Assembly: GCA_036556025.1 (NCBI GenBank)
Contig: DATBKD010000033.1
Span: forward strand, 11,756 to 75,755
DNA from: Gemmatimonadales bacterium
GTDB lineage: Bacteria; Gemmatimonadota; Gemmatimonadetes; Gemmatimonadales; GWC2-71-9
DNA length: 64,000 nucleotides
Direction: 5' to 3'
In this document: piece by piece, positions 9,012 to 18,768 of the stretch
Layout: every line of letters begins with the position of its first letter
Position numbering within the stretch: the stretch's first letter is position 1
Notes under the pieces: generated by a model
Told to the model about the DNA's origin: nothing
Seen by the model: the letters and a program-made list of their open reading frames with translations, nothing else
The model's database searches: none
Translations under genes and position numbers: made by a program

Positions 9012-10190
9012 ATGAGCAATGGACGGGGGCGAGCCCGAACCGAAGTTCCGGCACTGGAAGAACGGCTGCAGCGGCTGACTGGCGTCCGGCCGGGCCGTCA
9101 TCGCGTCGTGAGCTGTTATCTCAAGCTCGAGCCCAGAGACCGTAGTCGCGGCAAGTACCTGATCAAGCTCAAGAACCGGGTGCGGGAAGTGAGTCAGGCG
9201 CTTCCCCGTCTGGGACTCGACCGACAGGTGCAGGAGGAGGTCGAGCACGATCTCAATCGGGTACAGCAGCACCTCCGTGGCGACGGCAACCTGCCGGACA
9301 CCCAGGGCATCGCCATCTTTGCCTGCGAGGGGATCGGCCTGTTCGAGGCGCTGCCGCTGCCGTCGGTCTATCGCTCGCGCTTGGCGGTGGATGTCACGCC
9401 CTTGGTGCGGGAGCTGGCCTCTGTCGAGGACGAATTCGGCCGCCTGCTCACGGTCGTTCTGGACCGCACCAGCGCTCGCTTCTTCGAGGTGACGGCCTAT
9501 CAGAGCGTCGAGCTTCCAGGCCTCCGGGCCGACAGCACGCGCGGCAAGAAGTTCCACGGGGATCAGGATGGGCCCGGCTGGGGAGAGCATACCTACAACA
9601 ACCGCATCCGGCAGGAAAAGCAGCGTCACTACGAGGCGATCGCCCGCGAGCTCTTCGCCATCGACCGGCGCCAGCCGGCCCACGGCATCGTGCTCGCCGG
9701 CACCGGGGCCGAGGCGCGCGCCGTAGAACCCTTCCTCCACAGCTATTTGGTCGACCGGGTCCTGGGAACGGCCAAGCTCAATCCCAAGGAGGCCACGCCC
9801 GCGCTGGTCCACTCGGCCACCCTCCTCGTTCGCGAGACGTGGGAACGGGCCTCGGAGCGGGCGCTGGTCCAGAGGATGCAGGAGGGTCTGGGGAACGGCT
9901 GGGCACTCAACGGGATTGCGGCCACGCTTCGAGCCCTGGCCCGGGGTCAGGTCCGAGCTCTCCTGGTCCATTCGGATGCCACGGAGCCCGGATTCCGCTG
10001 CGCCGACACCGGACGCCTCGCTCTCACGGAGCGCGAGTGTCGCGCCGAGGGTGAGCCCGTGCCGGTGATCGACGTGGTCGATGACGCCATCGAAGAGGCG
10101 CTGCGCCAAGGCGTGGACGTCAACGTGGTCTACGAGCCCGACGCGCGAGATGAGGTTCAGGGTCTGGCCGCGCTGCTGCGATTCCGCTGA
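9012..10190 (+). CDS. eRF1/Pelota/Vms1-like protein (bacterial archaeo-eukaryotic release-factor family, baeRF / 'host attachment protein'-like)
   Basis: N-terminal [14 protein letters not shown]. Central loop KKFHGDQDG...[16 protein letters not shown], compared with eRF1 KKHGRGGQS...EKRHNYVRKVAE (recalled from memory). C-terminal eRF1-domain-3-like [24 protein letters not shown]...GLAALLRF. An alternative GTG start lies at 8994. Confidence 0.6.
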   Translation: MSNGRGRARTEVPALEERLQRLTGVRPGRHRVVSCYLKLEPRDRSRGKYLIKLKNRVREVSQALPRLGLDRQVQEEVEHDLNRVQQHLRGDGNLPDTQGIAIFACEGIGLFEALPLPSVYRSRLAVDVTPLVRELASVEDEFGRLLTVVLDRTSARFFEVTAYQSVELPGLRADSTRGKKFHGDQDGPGWGEHTYNNRIRQEKQRHYEAIARELFAIDRRQPAHGIVLAGTGAEARAVEPFLHSYLVDRVLGTAKLNPKEATPALVHSATLLVRETWERASERALVQRMQEGLGNGWALNGIAATLRALARGQVRALLVHSDATEPGFRCADTGRLALTERECRAEGEPVPVIDVVDDAIEEALRQGVDVNVVYEPDARDEVQGLAALLRFR

Positions 10191-10270
10191 GCGGTGCGGT
10201 TCGCTGCGGTGATGGAGCTATCTTTCGGCCGCGTTGCCCGGCCTCATGTGCTGAAGGAGGAAGGCTCGAG

Positions 10271-10696
10271 ATGACCGCGCCGCGGACCCAGTCTCGCCCC
10301 ATCCGTGTCCTCGTGGCCAAACCGGGGCTCGATGGCCATGACCGGGGAGCCAAGGTCGTTGCCGCCGCGCTTCGCGATGCGGGCATGGAGGTGGTATACA
10401 CCGGCCTGCACCAGACGCCGGAGATGATCGCTACGGCGGCGCTGCAGGAGGACGTCGACGTGGTGGGTCTCTCGATTCTGTCCGGGGCCCACATGACCCT
10501 CTTTCCTCGGGTCCGGCAACTGCTGGAGCAGATGGGCCGCCCCGACATTCTGGTCACCGGTGGCGGCATCATCCCGGCCGACGACATGGCCGCGCTGCAA
10601 ACCCGCGGCATCGGCCGCCTTTTTGGACCGGGTACGCCCACCACCGAGCTCATCGGGTACATCGAATCATGGGCCGCTCAACATCTCGAATCCTGA
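10271..10696 (+). CDS. Acyl-CoA mutase small subunit (cobalamin-binding domain)
   Basis: [35 protein letters not shown] carries the DxHxxG B12 motif. Also [13 protein letters not shown] and [18 protein letters not shown] lies upstream. Confidence 0.9.
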   Translation: MTAPRTQSRPIRVLVAKPGLDGHDRGAKVVAAALRDAGMEVVYTGLHQTPEMIATAALQEDVDVVGLSILSGAHMTLFPRVRQLLEQMGRPDILVTGGGIIPADDMAALQTRGIGRLFGPGTPTTELIGYIESWAAQHLES

Positions 10697-10724
10697 TCCT
10701 CGCCAGGCGCGCACGCCCTCCAGC

Positions 10725-12371
10725 GTGACTGCATCCACCAGCTCGCCCAAGAGTGGACGCCTGCGTCCGCTCACCGAGGAGTACCAGCGCCTGGCCGCCC
10801 GGCTTCAGCAAGGCGGCGGCGCCGCCCGAGTGGCCAGGATGCACCAGCAGGGCAAACTTGCTCCCCGCGAGCGGGTGCAACGGCTGCTCGATCCGGGCAC
10901 ACCCTGGCTCGAGCTCGGTCTGCTGGTGGCCTACGATCAGTACGATGGCCAGGCTCCCGGCGCCGGAGTGATCACCGGCGTGGGGCTGGTCGAGGGGCGC
11001 GAGATCGTCGTGGTGGCGAACGATGCCACGGTCAAGGCAGGGTCCTGGTGGCCGGAGACCATTCGGAAGATCCTTCGCGCCCAGGAAGTCGCCATGCGCC
11101 AGCGGATCCCGATCATCTACCTGGTGGACAGCGCGGGCGTCAATCTGCCGTACCAGGGAGGCGTCTTTCCAGGGCAGTACGGCGCCGCCCGAATCTTTCA
11201 GTACAACTCGATCATGCGGCGGTACCTGCATGTGCCCCAGATCAGCGCCGTCATGGGCAGCTGCGTCGCCGGCGGCGCGTACCTTCCCGCCTTGTCCGAC
11301 GTCATCTTCATGGTCGAGGGCACCAGCTTCATGGGCCTGGGCGGTCCCAATCTGGTGAAAGGCGCCACTGGGCAGACCATAGACGCCGAATCGCTGGGCG
11401 GCGCCCGAACCCACACCGAGCTGAGCGCGGTCGCGCATTACCGGCCGGCAAACGACACTGAGTGTCTGGCGCGGATCCGGGAATACGTCGGCCGGCTCCC
11501 CAGAGTCGAGGGCGTCGGGCATCGACTCCGGCCGGTTCGCCCCGCGGCCCGTCCCGCCACCGATCTCTACGAGATTCTGCCCCAGGATCATCGTCTGTCC
11601 TACGACATGCGCCAGGTGCTCGCCTGCCTGCTCGATGCCGGGGCGCTGGACGAGTTCCAGCCCGATGTGGCCCGGGAGATGCTCTGCGGTCACGCCCACA
11701 TCGAAGGGTGGCCGGTCGCGGTGATTGCCAATCAGCGGGGCGTCATCAAGACCCACCCGGGCGAGCGTCCCCGCTTCGGCGGCATCATCTACACGGGGAG
11801 CGCCGAGAAGGTGGCCTTCTTCATCGAGACCGCCAGCCGGGAGCGCCTGCCGATCCTCTTCGTCCAGGACGTGAGCGGCTTCATGGTTGGTCCCGAAGCG
11901 GAGCAGTCCGGCATCATTCGCGCCGGTGCTCGGTTCGTCGAGGCCATGGCTACCGCGGTCGTGCCCAAGATCGTCCTCACGGTGAACCACGCTTCCGGGG
12001 CAGGCTACTACGCCATGGCGGGACAGGGATTCGATCCCGACTTTCTGCTCTCCTGGCCCACCGGACGAATGGGCGTAATGGAGGGGGAATCGGCGGTCAT
12101 GGCCGTGCACGGCCCGGAGATCGAGCGGGCCCAGCGCGAGAAGCGGGAAGTCGCGCCCGAGGCCAAGGCCGCGATCGACTCCATGCGCGCTGACTATGAA
12201 CAGCAGTTGGACGCCAAGTTCGCCGCGGCCCGCGGGTTCGTCGACGCGATCGTCACCCCGGAGGAAACCCGCGACCAGCTTGCCTTTGTGCTCCGGGTGA
12301 GCGCCAATTACGCCGGCCCTCATTTGGGTCCCTTCGTCCTGCCGCCGCTGGACGCGGTTCCTTCACGCTAG
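10725..12371 (+). CDS. Acyl-CoA carboxylase carboxyltransferase (beta) subunit, methylcrotonyl/geranyl-CoA-carboxylase-like
   Basis: Contains GKLAPRERVQRLLDPG, VVVANDATVKAGSWWP, RAQEVA, IIYLVDSAGVNLP and PQISAVMGSCVAGGAYLPA. The start is uncertain; an in-frame GTG at 10725 lies just after the previous gene. Confidence 0.8.
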   Translation: MTASTSSPKSGRLRPLTEEYQRLAARLQQGGGAARVARMHQQGKLAPRERVQRLLDPGTPWLELGLLVAYDQYDGQAPGAGVITGVGLVEGREIVVVANDATVKAGSWWPETIRKILRAQEVAMRQRIPIIYLVDSAGVNLPYQGGVFPGQYGAARIFQYNSIMRRYLHVPQISAVMGSCVAGGAYLPALSDVIFMVEGTSFMGLGGPNLVKGATGQTIDAESLGGARTHTELSAVAHYRPANDTECLARIREYVGRLPRVEGVGHRLRPVRPAARPATDLYEILPQDHRLSYDMRQVLACLLDAGALDEFQPDVAREMLCGHAHIEGWPVAVIANQRGVIKTHPGERPRFGGIIYTGSAEKVAFFIETASRERLPILFVQDVSGFMVGPEAEQSGIIRAGARFVEAMATAVVPKIVLTVNHASGAGYYAMAGQGFDPDFLLSWPTGRMGVMEGESAVMAVHGPEIERAQREKREVAPEAKAAIDSMRADYEQQLDAKFAAARGFVDAIVTPEETRDQLAFVLRVSANYAGPHLGPFVLPPLDAVPSR

Positions 12372-12378
12372 GAGACGG

Positions 12379-15243
12379 ATGCATTCGGTCCGTCTGGTCG
12401 TTTCCGCTCTCGCTCTGATCCTGGCCTGCGCTCCGGCGCGCAAGGAGCCGGAGCCCGCTGCTCCCACGCCGAACCGCGATCCCGGCCAGGCGAGTCAGCC
12501 CCGGGCTGAGCGTCCCTCGCCCGCACCCCCCGAGGATACGGTCCAGCGTCTCGTCCCCCCGCAGACCGCGTACGTGCACGGCTGGATGCCGGTGGCAAGC
12601 ACCGGAGTCGATCGCTTTCTCCGCGCCCATCCTTCATATGATGGACGCGGCGTGCTCATCGCCATTCTGGACACCGGCGTGGACCCGGGGATCCCAGGCC
12701 TCTCCACGACCTCAACCGGCGACCCCAAGATCCTGGACCTCCGGGATTTTTCCGACGAAGGAGTGGTGCCGCTTCGGCCGGTAGCCCCAGCCGGCGACAG
12801 CGTCATGGTGGCCGGCCGCAAGCTCGGCGGGTTTGGACGGATCAAGGCGCTCAACACCGAGGGGCCGTACTACGGCGGAGTCATCGCCGAGATTCCTCTG
12901 GGCCAGCCACCCGCCTCCGATCTGAATGGCAACGGCACGGCGGGCGACACCCTGCCGGTTGTGGTGACCCGTGCGAGCGATGGTTGGGTGCTCTTCGCCG
13001 ACACCGACGGAGACGGCTCGTTTGCCGGCGAGCGGCCAGTCCATGACTACCTGGCCGGTCGGGAGACGTTCGGGTGGGCGGCGCGGGGCCGGACCCCCAA
13101 GGCGACCATCGCCGCGAATTTCAGCGACTCTGCCTCGACCCCCCGGCTCGATCTGGTGTTCGACATCTTCGGGCACGGGTCCCATGTCTCCGGCATTGCG
13201 GCCGCCCACGACCTGTATGGCGTGACCGGGTTCGATGGGGTTGCACCGGGTGCTCAGTTGCTGGGCCTCAAGATCGCCAAGGGAGCGCTGGGCGGCATCA
13301 CCACCACCGGAAGTATCCTGCGCGCGATGGACTATGCCATCCGCTTCGCCGCGGCACGGCACCTTCCCCTGGTTGTCAACCTGAGCTTCGGTGTGGGGAA
13401 CGAGATCGAGGGCGGGGCCCGAATCGACCACCTGATTGATTCAGTGCTCACGGCGCATCCGGATCTGGTGTGCACCATCAGCGCGGGCAACGACGGACCG
13501 GGACTCTCCACTGTAGGCTTTCCCGGGTCGGCCAGGCTCGCCATCGGCGTGGGCGCCACGCTCCCATCCAGCTTCCTTCCGTCGGGGCCATCCGGCGAGC
13601 GCTCGGCTGACCAGCTGGCCTACTTCAGCTCCCGCGGCGGAGAGCTGGCCAAGCCCGATCTGGTGGCGCCGGGTGTCGCCTATAGCAGCGTGCCCAGGTG
13701 GGATGCGGGAGACGAGGTGGAGCAGGGTACCAGTATGGCCGCACCGCATGCCGCGGGACTGGCGGCTCTGCTGGTCTCGGCACTCACGCAGGAGAAACGG
13801 CCGGTGGATGCGCGCACAATCAAGCAGGCGCTCATGGTCACCGCGCAACCGACCCGGCAGGGGTCGTTCGTCGATCAAGGTACCGGCCTGCCGAACGTCG
13901 AGTCTGCATATCAGTGGCTCGGCGCCCGGCGCGAGCTTCCGGATGTGCAGGTGCGGGTAGCCCATTCCACCGGTGCGACGACTGGCGCGCTCGAGCATGC
14001 CGTCGCATCGCATCTCGAGACCGCCCAGACGTTCGAGTTGATCCGCCCGGCCGACGCACCAGTGGCCACCTACACCCTTCGGAGCGACGCCGCCTGGCTC
14101 ACCGCGCCTCGTGAGGTAACTCTCCGCGGCCCGGTTACCCGCGTCACCCTGCAGTATGCCCGCGGGTCGCTCGTCAGTCCGGGCGCGTATGTGGGAACGG
14201 TGTCCGCTTGGTCTCCCGACACCCTGGCGGGCCCGATTTTCCGACTGGTGAACACGGTGGAAGTTCCGGCGCCCGTCACGAACGGCCGGACCGACCTCCG
14301 TTCGGCAGCTCGGCTCAGTGCCGGCGCAACTTTGCGCACGTTCTTCGAGGCCGACAGTGCCCGGCCCTTCGTGCTCGACGTGTCGACCGGAAGTACCGGA
14401 GAGAAGGTGTTGACCTTCCTGCACGAACCCGACGGAATGCCCTATCGGGACCAGGCTTCTCGCGCGGCGGGGAGTGGAACCCAGGCGGCTGAGTATCAAG
14501 CGGATGGCCGTGATGTGGTCCCGGGTGCCTATGAGGCAGTCGTCGTGGTCCCTCCCAATCAGCCGGTCGTGGCAAACGTGAGCCTGCTGCAGTCGCCGGT
14601 CCGGCTGCGCGGAGTGACCCGCCAGGACGGTGTGACGGCCTCACTGGAGAACCTGAGTGCCCAGCCAGTCACGGCCGAGGTCAGCCTGCACGTGGGTGGG
14701 GCCGAACGGGTGGTGCAGATCCGCGCCCACGATTCGCAACCCCAGCGCCTCCAATTCGTGGCCCCGGCGGGAGCCACTGGTCTGGTAGTGGACGTCACCA
14801 TGGACCGGGCCCAGTGGGGTCGGTTCACCGATTTCGGACTCAGCGCGTTCGACTCATTGGGGCGCCAGCTCGGCAAACAGCCGCTCAACTACGCGTTCGG
14901 GCGAGTGCAGGTGGAGCTGCCTGCAAACCACGGCGACTTCCCCGTGACCGTGGGACTCTTTCCCGGCTTTGCCGACCCTATGGGTGATCAGAATTGGAGC
15001 GCGCGGATTTCCGTCCGATTGTACGGCGATTCCGCCAGCGCGATTGCCCCCACGGCCGGGTCTTCCGCGAACATCACGCTAGCACCGGGCAAGAGTGGCT
15101 CGGTTGCGTTCCCGCGGCCGCCGATGTCCTGGCATGTCAGCGAGGGCTTCTTCCCGCTGGGCGTGCTGGTGGCGCGGATTGATGGCCAGGTCTGGACCCG
15201 GGAGACCAGCTTTATGCCCTCGGATGCAGCTGCGACGCGATGA
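12379..15243 (+). CDS. Subtilase (S8) lipoprotein peptidase, tripeptidyl-peptidase-II-like
   Basis: Lipobox LILAC at the N-terminus. D/H/S triad motifs [23 protein letters not shown] and [16 protein letters not shown]. Long Asp-His insertion. [27 protein letters not shown] and [16 protein letters not shown] resemble eukaryotic TPPII. Confidence 0.85.
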   Translation: MHSVRLVVSALALILACAPARKEPEPAAPTPNRDPGQASQPRAERPSPAPPEDTVQRLVPPQTAYVHGWMPVASTGVDRFLRAHPSYDGRGVLIAILDTGVDPGIPGLSTTSTGDPKILDLRDFSDEGVVPLRPVAPAGDSVMVAGRKLGGFGRIKALNTEGPYYGGVIAEIPLGQPPASDLNGNGTAGDTLPVVVTRASDGWVLFADTDGDGSFAGERPVHDYLAGRETFGWAARGRTPKATIAANFSDSASTPRLDLVFDIFGHGSHVSGIAAAHDLYGVTGFDGVAPGAQLLGLKIAKGALGGITTTGSILRAMDYAIRFAAARHLPLVVNLSFGVGNEIEGGARIDHLIDSVLTAHPDLVCTISAGNDGPGLSTVGFPGSARLAIGVGATLPSSFLPSGPSGERSADQLAYFSSRGGELAKPDLVAPGVAYSSVPRWDAGDEVEQGTSMAAPHAAGLAALLVSALTQEKRPVDARTIKQALMVTAQPTRQGSFVDQGTGLPNVESAYQWLGARRELPDVQVRVAHSTGATTGALEHAVASHLETAQTFELIRPADAPVATYTLRSDAAWLTAPREVTLRGPVTRVTLQYARGSLVSPGAYVGTVSAWSPDTLAGPIFRLVNTVEVPAPVTNGRTDLRSAARLSAGATLRTFFEADSARPFVLDVSTGSTGEKVLTFLHEPDGMPYRDQASRAAGSGTQAAEYQADGRDVVPGAYEAVVVVPPNQPVVANVSLLQSPVRLRGVTRQDGVTASLENLSAQPVTAEVSLHVGGAERVVQIRAHDSQPQRLQFVAPAGATGLVVDVTMDRAQWGRFTDFGLSAFDSLGRQLGKQPLNYAFGRVQVELPANHGDFPVTVGLFPGFADPMGDQNWSARISVRLYGDSASAIAPTAGSSANITLAPGKSGSVAFPRPPMSWHVSEGFFPLGVLVARIDGQVWTRETSFMPSDAAATR

Positions 15244-16616
15244 AAGATTCGATCGTGAGAGTCGCCGCGGGGCAGGGGTTCTGGGGCGATTGGCTGGAGG
15301 CGCCGGTCAGGCAGGTTCAGGGCGGTCCCATCGACTACCTCATGATGGACTACCTCGCCGAAGTCACGATGTCGATCATGCAGAAGCAGAAGTCGCGAGA
15401 CCCGAAGGCGGGCTACGCCCGGGATTTCGTTCCGCTGATGGAACGGATCCTTCCGGACCTTGTCGCCAAAGGGATCAAGGTGACGTCCAACGCCGGAGGG
15501 GTAAACCCGCGAGGCTGTGCCGAGGCGGTGCTCGAGGCGGCTCGACGGCTGGGGCTGCAAGGCAAGCTTCGGGTTGGCCTGGTTTCTGGAGACGACATCC
15601 TCGACCGGTTGGACGAGCTGATCGCGAAGGGACACGCGCTGAATGACATGGAGACCGGGCGCCCGTTGGCCGACATCCGCCCTCGCGTGCTCTCGGCCAA
15701 TGCCTATCTCGGGATGGCCCCGATCGTCCAGGCGCTGCAGGGGGGCGCTGATGTGATCGTCACCGGGCGAGTGACCGATACCGGACTCACGTTGGGACCC
15801 ATCTTCCATGAGTTCGGCTGGGCCTCCGACGATTGGGACAAGGTTGCGGCTGGTACCGTCGCGGGGCACATCATCGAGTGCGGGGCCCAGGCGTCGGGCG
15901 GCAATCTGCTGCGCGGCTGGCGATCGGTGAAGGGAATGGCGAATCCCGGATTCCCTATCGTCGAGGCATCGAGCGACGGCACTTTCGTCATCACCAAGCA
16001 CCCCAAGACCGGCGGAGTCGTTTCGGTGGCGTCCGTCACCGAGCAGCTGGTCTACGAGATGGGAGACCCCAAGAGCTACATCACCCCCGACGGCGTCGCC
16101 GACTTCACTACCATCCACCTTGCTCCCGCCGGCAGCGACCGCGTGCGCGTGAGCGGAATCCGCGGCCGGCCTCGCACGCCAATGTTGAAGGTGTCGGTGG
16201 CGTATTTCTATGGCTACAAAGCAGTCGGGACGCTGGTGTACGTGTGGCCTGAGGCCTATGAGAAGGCCAAGGCCGCCGATCGGATCCTCCGCCAGCGCCT
16301 GACCGATCTCGGACTCGAGTTCGAGCGCATCCTTACCGAGTTCGTCGGGGTGGATGCCACCCATGGGCGGCTAGGCGGCCCGCCCGACCCCGATCTGCCC
16401 GAGGTGCAGCTGCGCGTGGGGGTCCGCGCGCCCGACCGGGCGTCGGTCGAACGCTTCACCAGAGAGATTGCTCCCCTGGTGCTGACCGGACCGCCCAGCG
16501 TGACCGGGTTCGCCGGCGGCCGCCCTGCCGTCGAAGAGGTCGTTGCCTATTGGCCTGCCCTCATCGATCGGCGGGAGATCGAGCCCCATGTGCGGGTCGA
16601 CATCCTGGAGGCCTGA
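15240..16616 (+). CDS. AtuA-family protein (DUF1446, acyclic terpene utilisation)
   Basis: [13 protein letters not shown]...[17 protein letters not shown] is the characteristic N-terminus. ATGA overlap with the peptidase stop. Confidence 0.75.
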   Translation: MKDSIVRVAAGQGFWGDWLEAPVRQVQGGPIDYLMMDYLAEVTMSIMQKQKSRDPKAGYARDFVPLMERILPDLVAKGIKVTSNAGGVNPRGCAEAVLEAARRLGLQGKLRVGLVSGDDILDRLDELIAKGHALNDMETGRPLADIRPRVLSANAYLGMAPIVQALQGGADVIVTGRVTDTGLTLGPIFHEFGWASDDWDKVAAGTVAGHIIECGAQASGGNLLRGWRSVKGMANPGFPIVEASSDGTFVITKHPKTGGVVSVASVTEQLVYEMGDPKSYITPDGVADFTTIHLAPAGSDRVRVSGIRGRPRTPMLKVSVAYFYGYKAVGTLVYVWPEAYEKAKAADRILRQRLTDLGLEFERILTEFVGVDATHGRLGGPPDPDLPEVQLRVGVRAPDRASVERFTREIAPLVLTGPPSVTGFAGGRPAVEEVVAYWPALIDRREIEPHVRVDILEA

Positions 16617-16618
16617 GC

Positions 16619-16987
16619 GTGCCCCGAGCGGCCCGACGATCCGGCACCCGTCCCCTGCAGCTCCGCTATCTAGCCCATGCGCGCTCCGGTGACAAAGGCA
16701 ACACTGCCAACGTCGGTCTCATCGCATTGCGGCCGGAGTGGTACGACCTGCTTCGGCGTGGGGTGACGGTTGCGCGAGTGGCGCGCCACTTCAAGGGCAT
16801 GGTGAGCCGAGTCGAGCGTTTCGAGCTTCCCAATCTGCACGCGCTCAACTTCCTGCTGCACGATGCCCTGGACGGCGGGGGCACGATCTCGCTCAAGACC
16901 GACGCTCAGGGCAAGGTCTACTCTACCGCGCTTCTTCGAATGGAAATTCCAGTGCCCACCTCCCTGGCACGGCAGCTGGCCAAGTAA
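16619..16987 (+). CDS. AtuA-associated small protein (DUF4387-like)
   Basis: LRYLAHARSGDKGNTANVGLIA...LPNLHALNFLLHDALDGGG. The GTG at 16619 is 3 nt after the AtuA stop. Confidence 0.65.
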   Translation: MPRAARRSGTRPLQLRYLAHARSGDKGNTANVGLIALRPEWYDLLRRGVTVARVARHFKGMVSRVERFELPNLHALNFLLHDALDGGGTISLKTDAQGKVYSTALLRMEIPVPTSLARQLAK

Positions 16988-16989
16988 GC

Positions 16990-17748
16990 ATGCCCAAGCT
17001 TCTCCGGACCGCATTGGACGGGGGGGCGTTGACGCTCACGCTCGATCGTCCGGACAAGCGCAATGCGCTCAGCGCCGAGCTCATCGAGTCGCTGCACGCC
17101 GCGCTCGAGCGCGCCGATCTCGACCCCGACGTTCGGGTGGTCGCGGTACGGGGGGCGGGGCAGGACTTCTGCGCCGGCGCTGACCTGGACGAGCTCTTGG
17201 CGTCCGCCGATCGTCCACCCGCCGAAAACGAAGCGGCTGCCCTGCGATTGGGTGGGCTCTTTTCCCGAATGCGCCAGCTGCCCAAGCCGATTGTGGCCGT
17301 GGTCCACGGCCGCGCTCTCGCAGGTGGCGCCGGATTGGTCACCGCCTGCGACCTCGCCCTCGCCGCGGCCAGTGCCCGATTGGGGTACCCGGAAATTCAG
17401 CGAGGATTCGTGCCGGCCATGGTGACGGCTCTGCTCCGGCGACTCACCGGGGAGAAGGCCGCCCTCGAGCTGGTGCTCACCGGGCGCCTCATTCAGGCAG
17501 AGGAGGCTCGCGCACTGGGCCTGGTATCCCGGGTCGTGCCGGATGCCGACCTGGAAGAGGAAGCGAGCCGGTCCCTGCGAGGCCTCGCGCAGGCCAGCCC
17601 TTCCGCCCTCGCGCTCACCAAGCAGCTGTTCTATCGACTCGACGGCATTCCGTTTGACGAGGGAGTCGCGCTTGGCGCCCGGGTAAACGCCCTGGCGCGT
17701 CAGACGCCCGACTTCCGCGACGCGATCGCGCGCTTTCTCCAGCGGTGA
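16990..17748 (+). CDS. Enoyl-CoA hydratase/isomerase (crotonase) family protein
   Basis: ORF 16738..17748 trimmed to the ATG at 16990. Contains LTLTLDRPDKRNALS, VVAVRGAGQDFCAGADL and GRALAGGAGLVTACDL. Confidence 0.9.
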   Translation: MPKLLRTALDGGALTLTLDRPDKRNALSAELIESLHAALERADLDPDVRVVAVRGAGQDFCAGADLDELLASADRPPAENEAAALRLGGLFSRMRQLPKPIVAVVHGRALAGGAGLVTACDLALAAASARLGYPEIQRGFVPAMVTALLRRLTGEKAALELVLTGRLIQAEEARALGLVSRVVPDADLEEEASRSLRGLAQASPSALALTKQLFYRLDGIPFDEGVALGARVNALARQTPDFRDAIARFLQR

Positions 17749-17951
17749 ATCGGCTGCGCCTCGGACTGGCCCTGGCCGGCTTTCTCGCGGCGCTGCTCGC
17801 CGTGTCGCTGCAAGACGAGCGCGTGGGATGGGCCGGCATCGCTCTGTTGCTGGGGTCGCTGATCGTGCGCTTGTTGCGGAAACGCCACGGCCCAGGGGAT
17901 CACGGGCAAAGAGATATAGATGCGCCGCGGGATGAAAACGATTCGATGTGA
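17745..17951 (+). CDS. Small two-helix membrane protein, hypothetical
   Basis: GTG start overlapping the previous stop as GTGA. Hydrophobic LGLALAGFLAALLAV and GIALLLGSLIV. No recognisable family. Confidence 0.4.
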   Translation: MNRLRLGLALAGFLAALLAVSLQDERVGWAGIALLLGSLIVRLLRKRHGPGDHGQRDIDAPRDENDSM

Positions 17952-18090
17952 CCTGCCTCACGTATGAGTCTCAAGGTTGGCACTACTTTCCCAGCGCCCG
18001 CCATACGGCGGGTGAACGGGTGGTCCTCGGAAACCCAGGTCTCGAGCCCCCGCTCTCCACGGAGTTTCGGCGATCAGGGAGGTTTGAGGT

Positions 18091-18669
18091 ATGAGAAGCG
18101 TGTCCAGAACTGTCGCAGCAGTGTTGATCACCATGGCGCTGAGTACATCGGCGGCGCGAGCTCAGGGAGCGGAGTTCTCCCTTGGCGGTGGGCTCGGGAT
18201 CCCGCTGAGTAACTTCGACGACATCGCCAAACTGGGCTGGCATGGTCTCGCCGCCGTTTCCTTCGTGCCCACCGGTTCGCCAGTCGGCATTCAAATCGAC
18301 GGGCAGTATCACCAGTTCAAGCTGGACAACGACGTGGTCGGGCCGGGCAGCCTGAAGGATCGCTTTATTTTTGGCACCGCCGACGCGGTGTTCAAGTTCA
18401 AGACCGCGGAGACCAGTCCAGTCCGGCCGTATTTGATCGGTGGCGTTGGGGTCTACAACTTCAAGACCACGGGGTCGAGCGATGTGGGTACCATCATCGA
18501 CACGGATAACTCCACCACCAAGTTCGGCATCAACGGCGGTGCGGGGTTCGATTTCAAGGCCGGGAGCGCCGGCCTGTTCGTGGAGGGCCGCTTCCACAAC
18601 ATCTTCACCAGCGGCTCGGACGTCAATTTCATCCCGATCACCGTCGGCGTCAGGTTCGGCGGGCACTAG
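18091..18669 (+). CDS. Small outer-membrane beta-barrel protein (porin-family/OmpW-like)
   Basis: Signal peptide ending ARAQG. Alternating hydrophobic beta-strand pattern. C-terminal strand ITVGVRFGGH. GGGAGG lies upstream. Confidence 0.7.
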   Translation: MRSVSRTVAAVLITMALSTSAARAQGAEFSLGGGLGIPLSNFDDIAKLGWHGLAAVSFVPTGSPVGIQIDGQYHQFKLDNDVVGPGSLKDRFIFGTADAVFKFKTAETSPVRPYLIGGVGVYNFKTTGSSDVGTIIDTDNSTTKFGINGGAGFDFKAGSAGLFVEGRFHNIFTSGSDVNFIPITVGVRFGGH

Positions 18670-18694
18670 AGACCTGGGAGCCTTCTGAGATGGC

Positions 18695-18728
18695 AACCGC
18701 CTCGCCACCGCGAGGCGGTTTGCTTTTC
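18695..18728 (+). terminator. Rho-independent terminator
   Basis: AACCGCCTCG-ccaccg-CGAGGCGGTT followed by TGCTTTT, 26 nt after the OMP stop. Confidence 0.8.
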
Positions 18729-18768
18729 CGGAGGGAAATGATTCGCTCCGCACAGTCCGGATCGGAGC

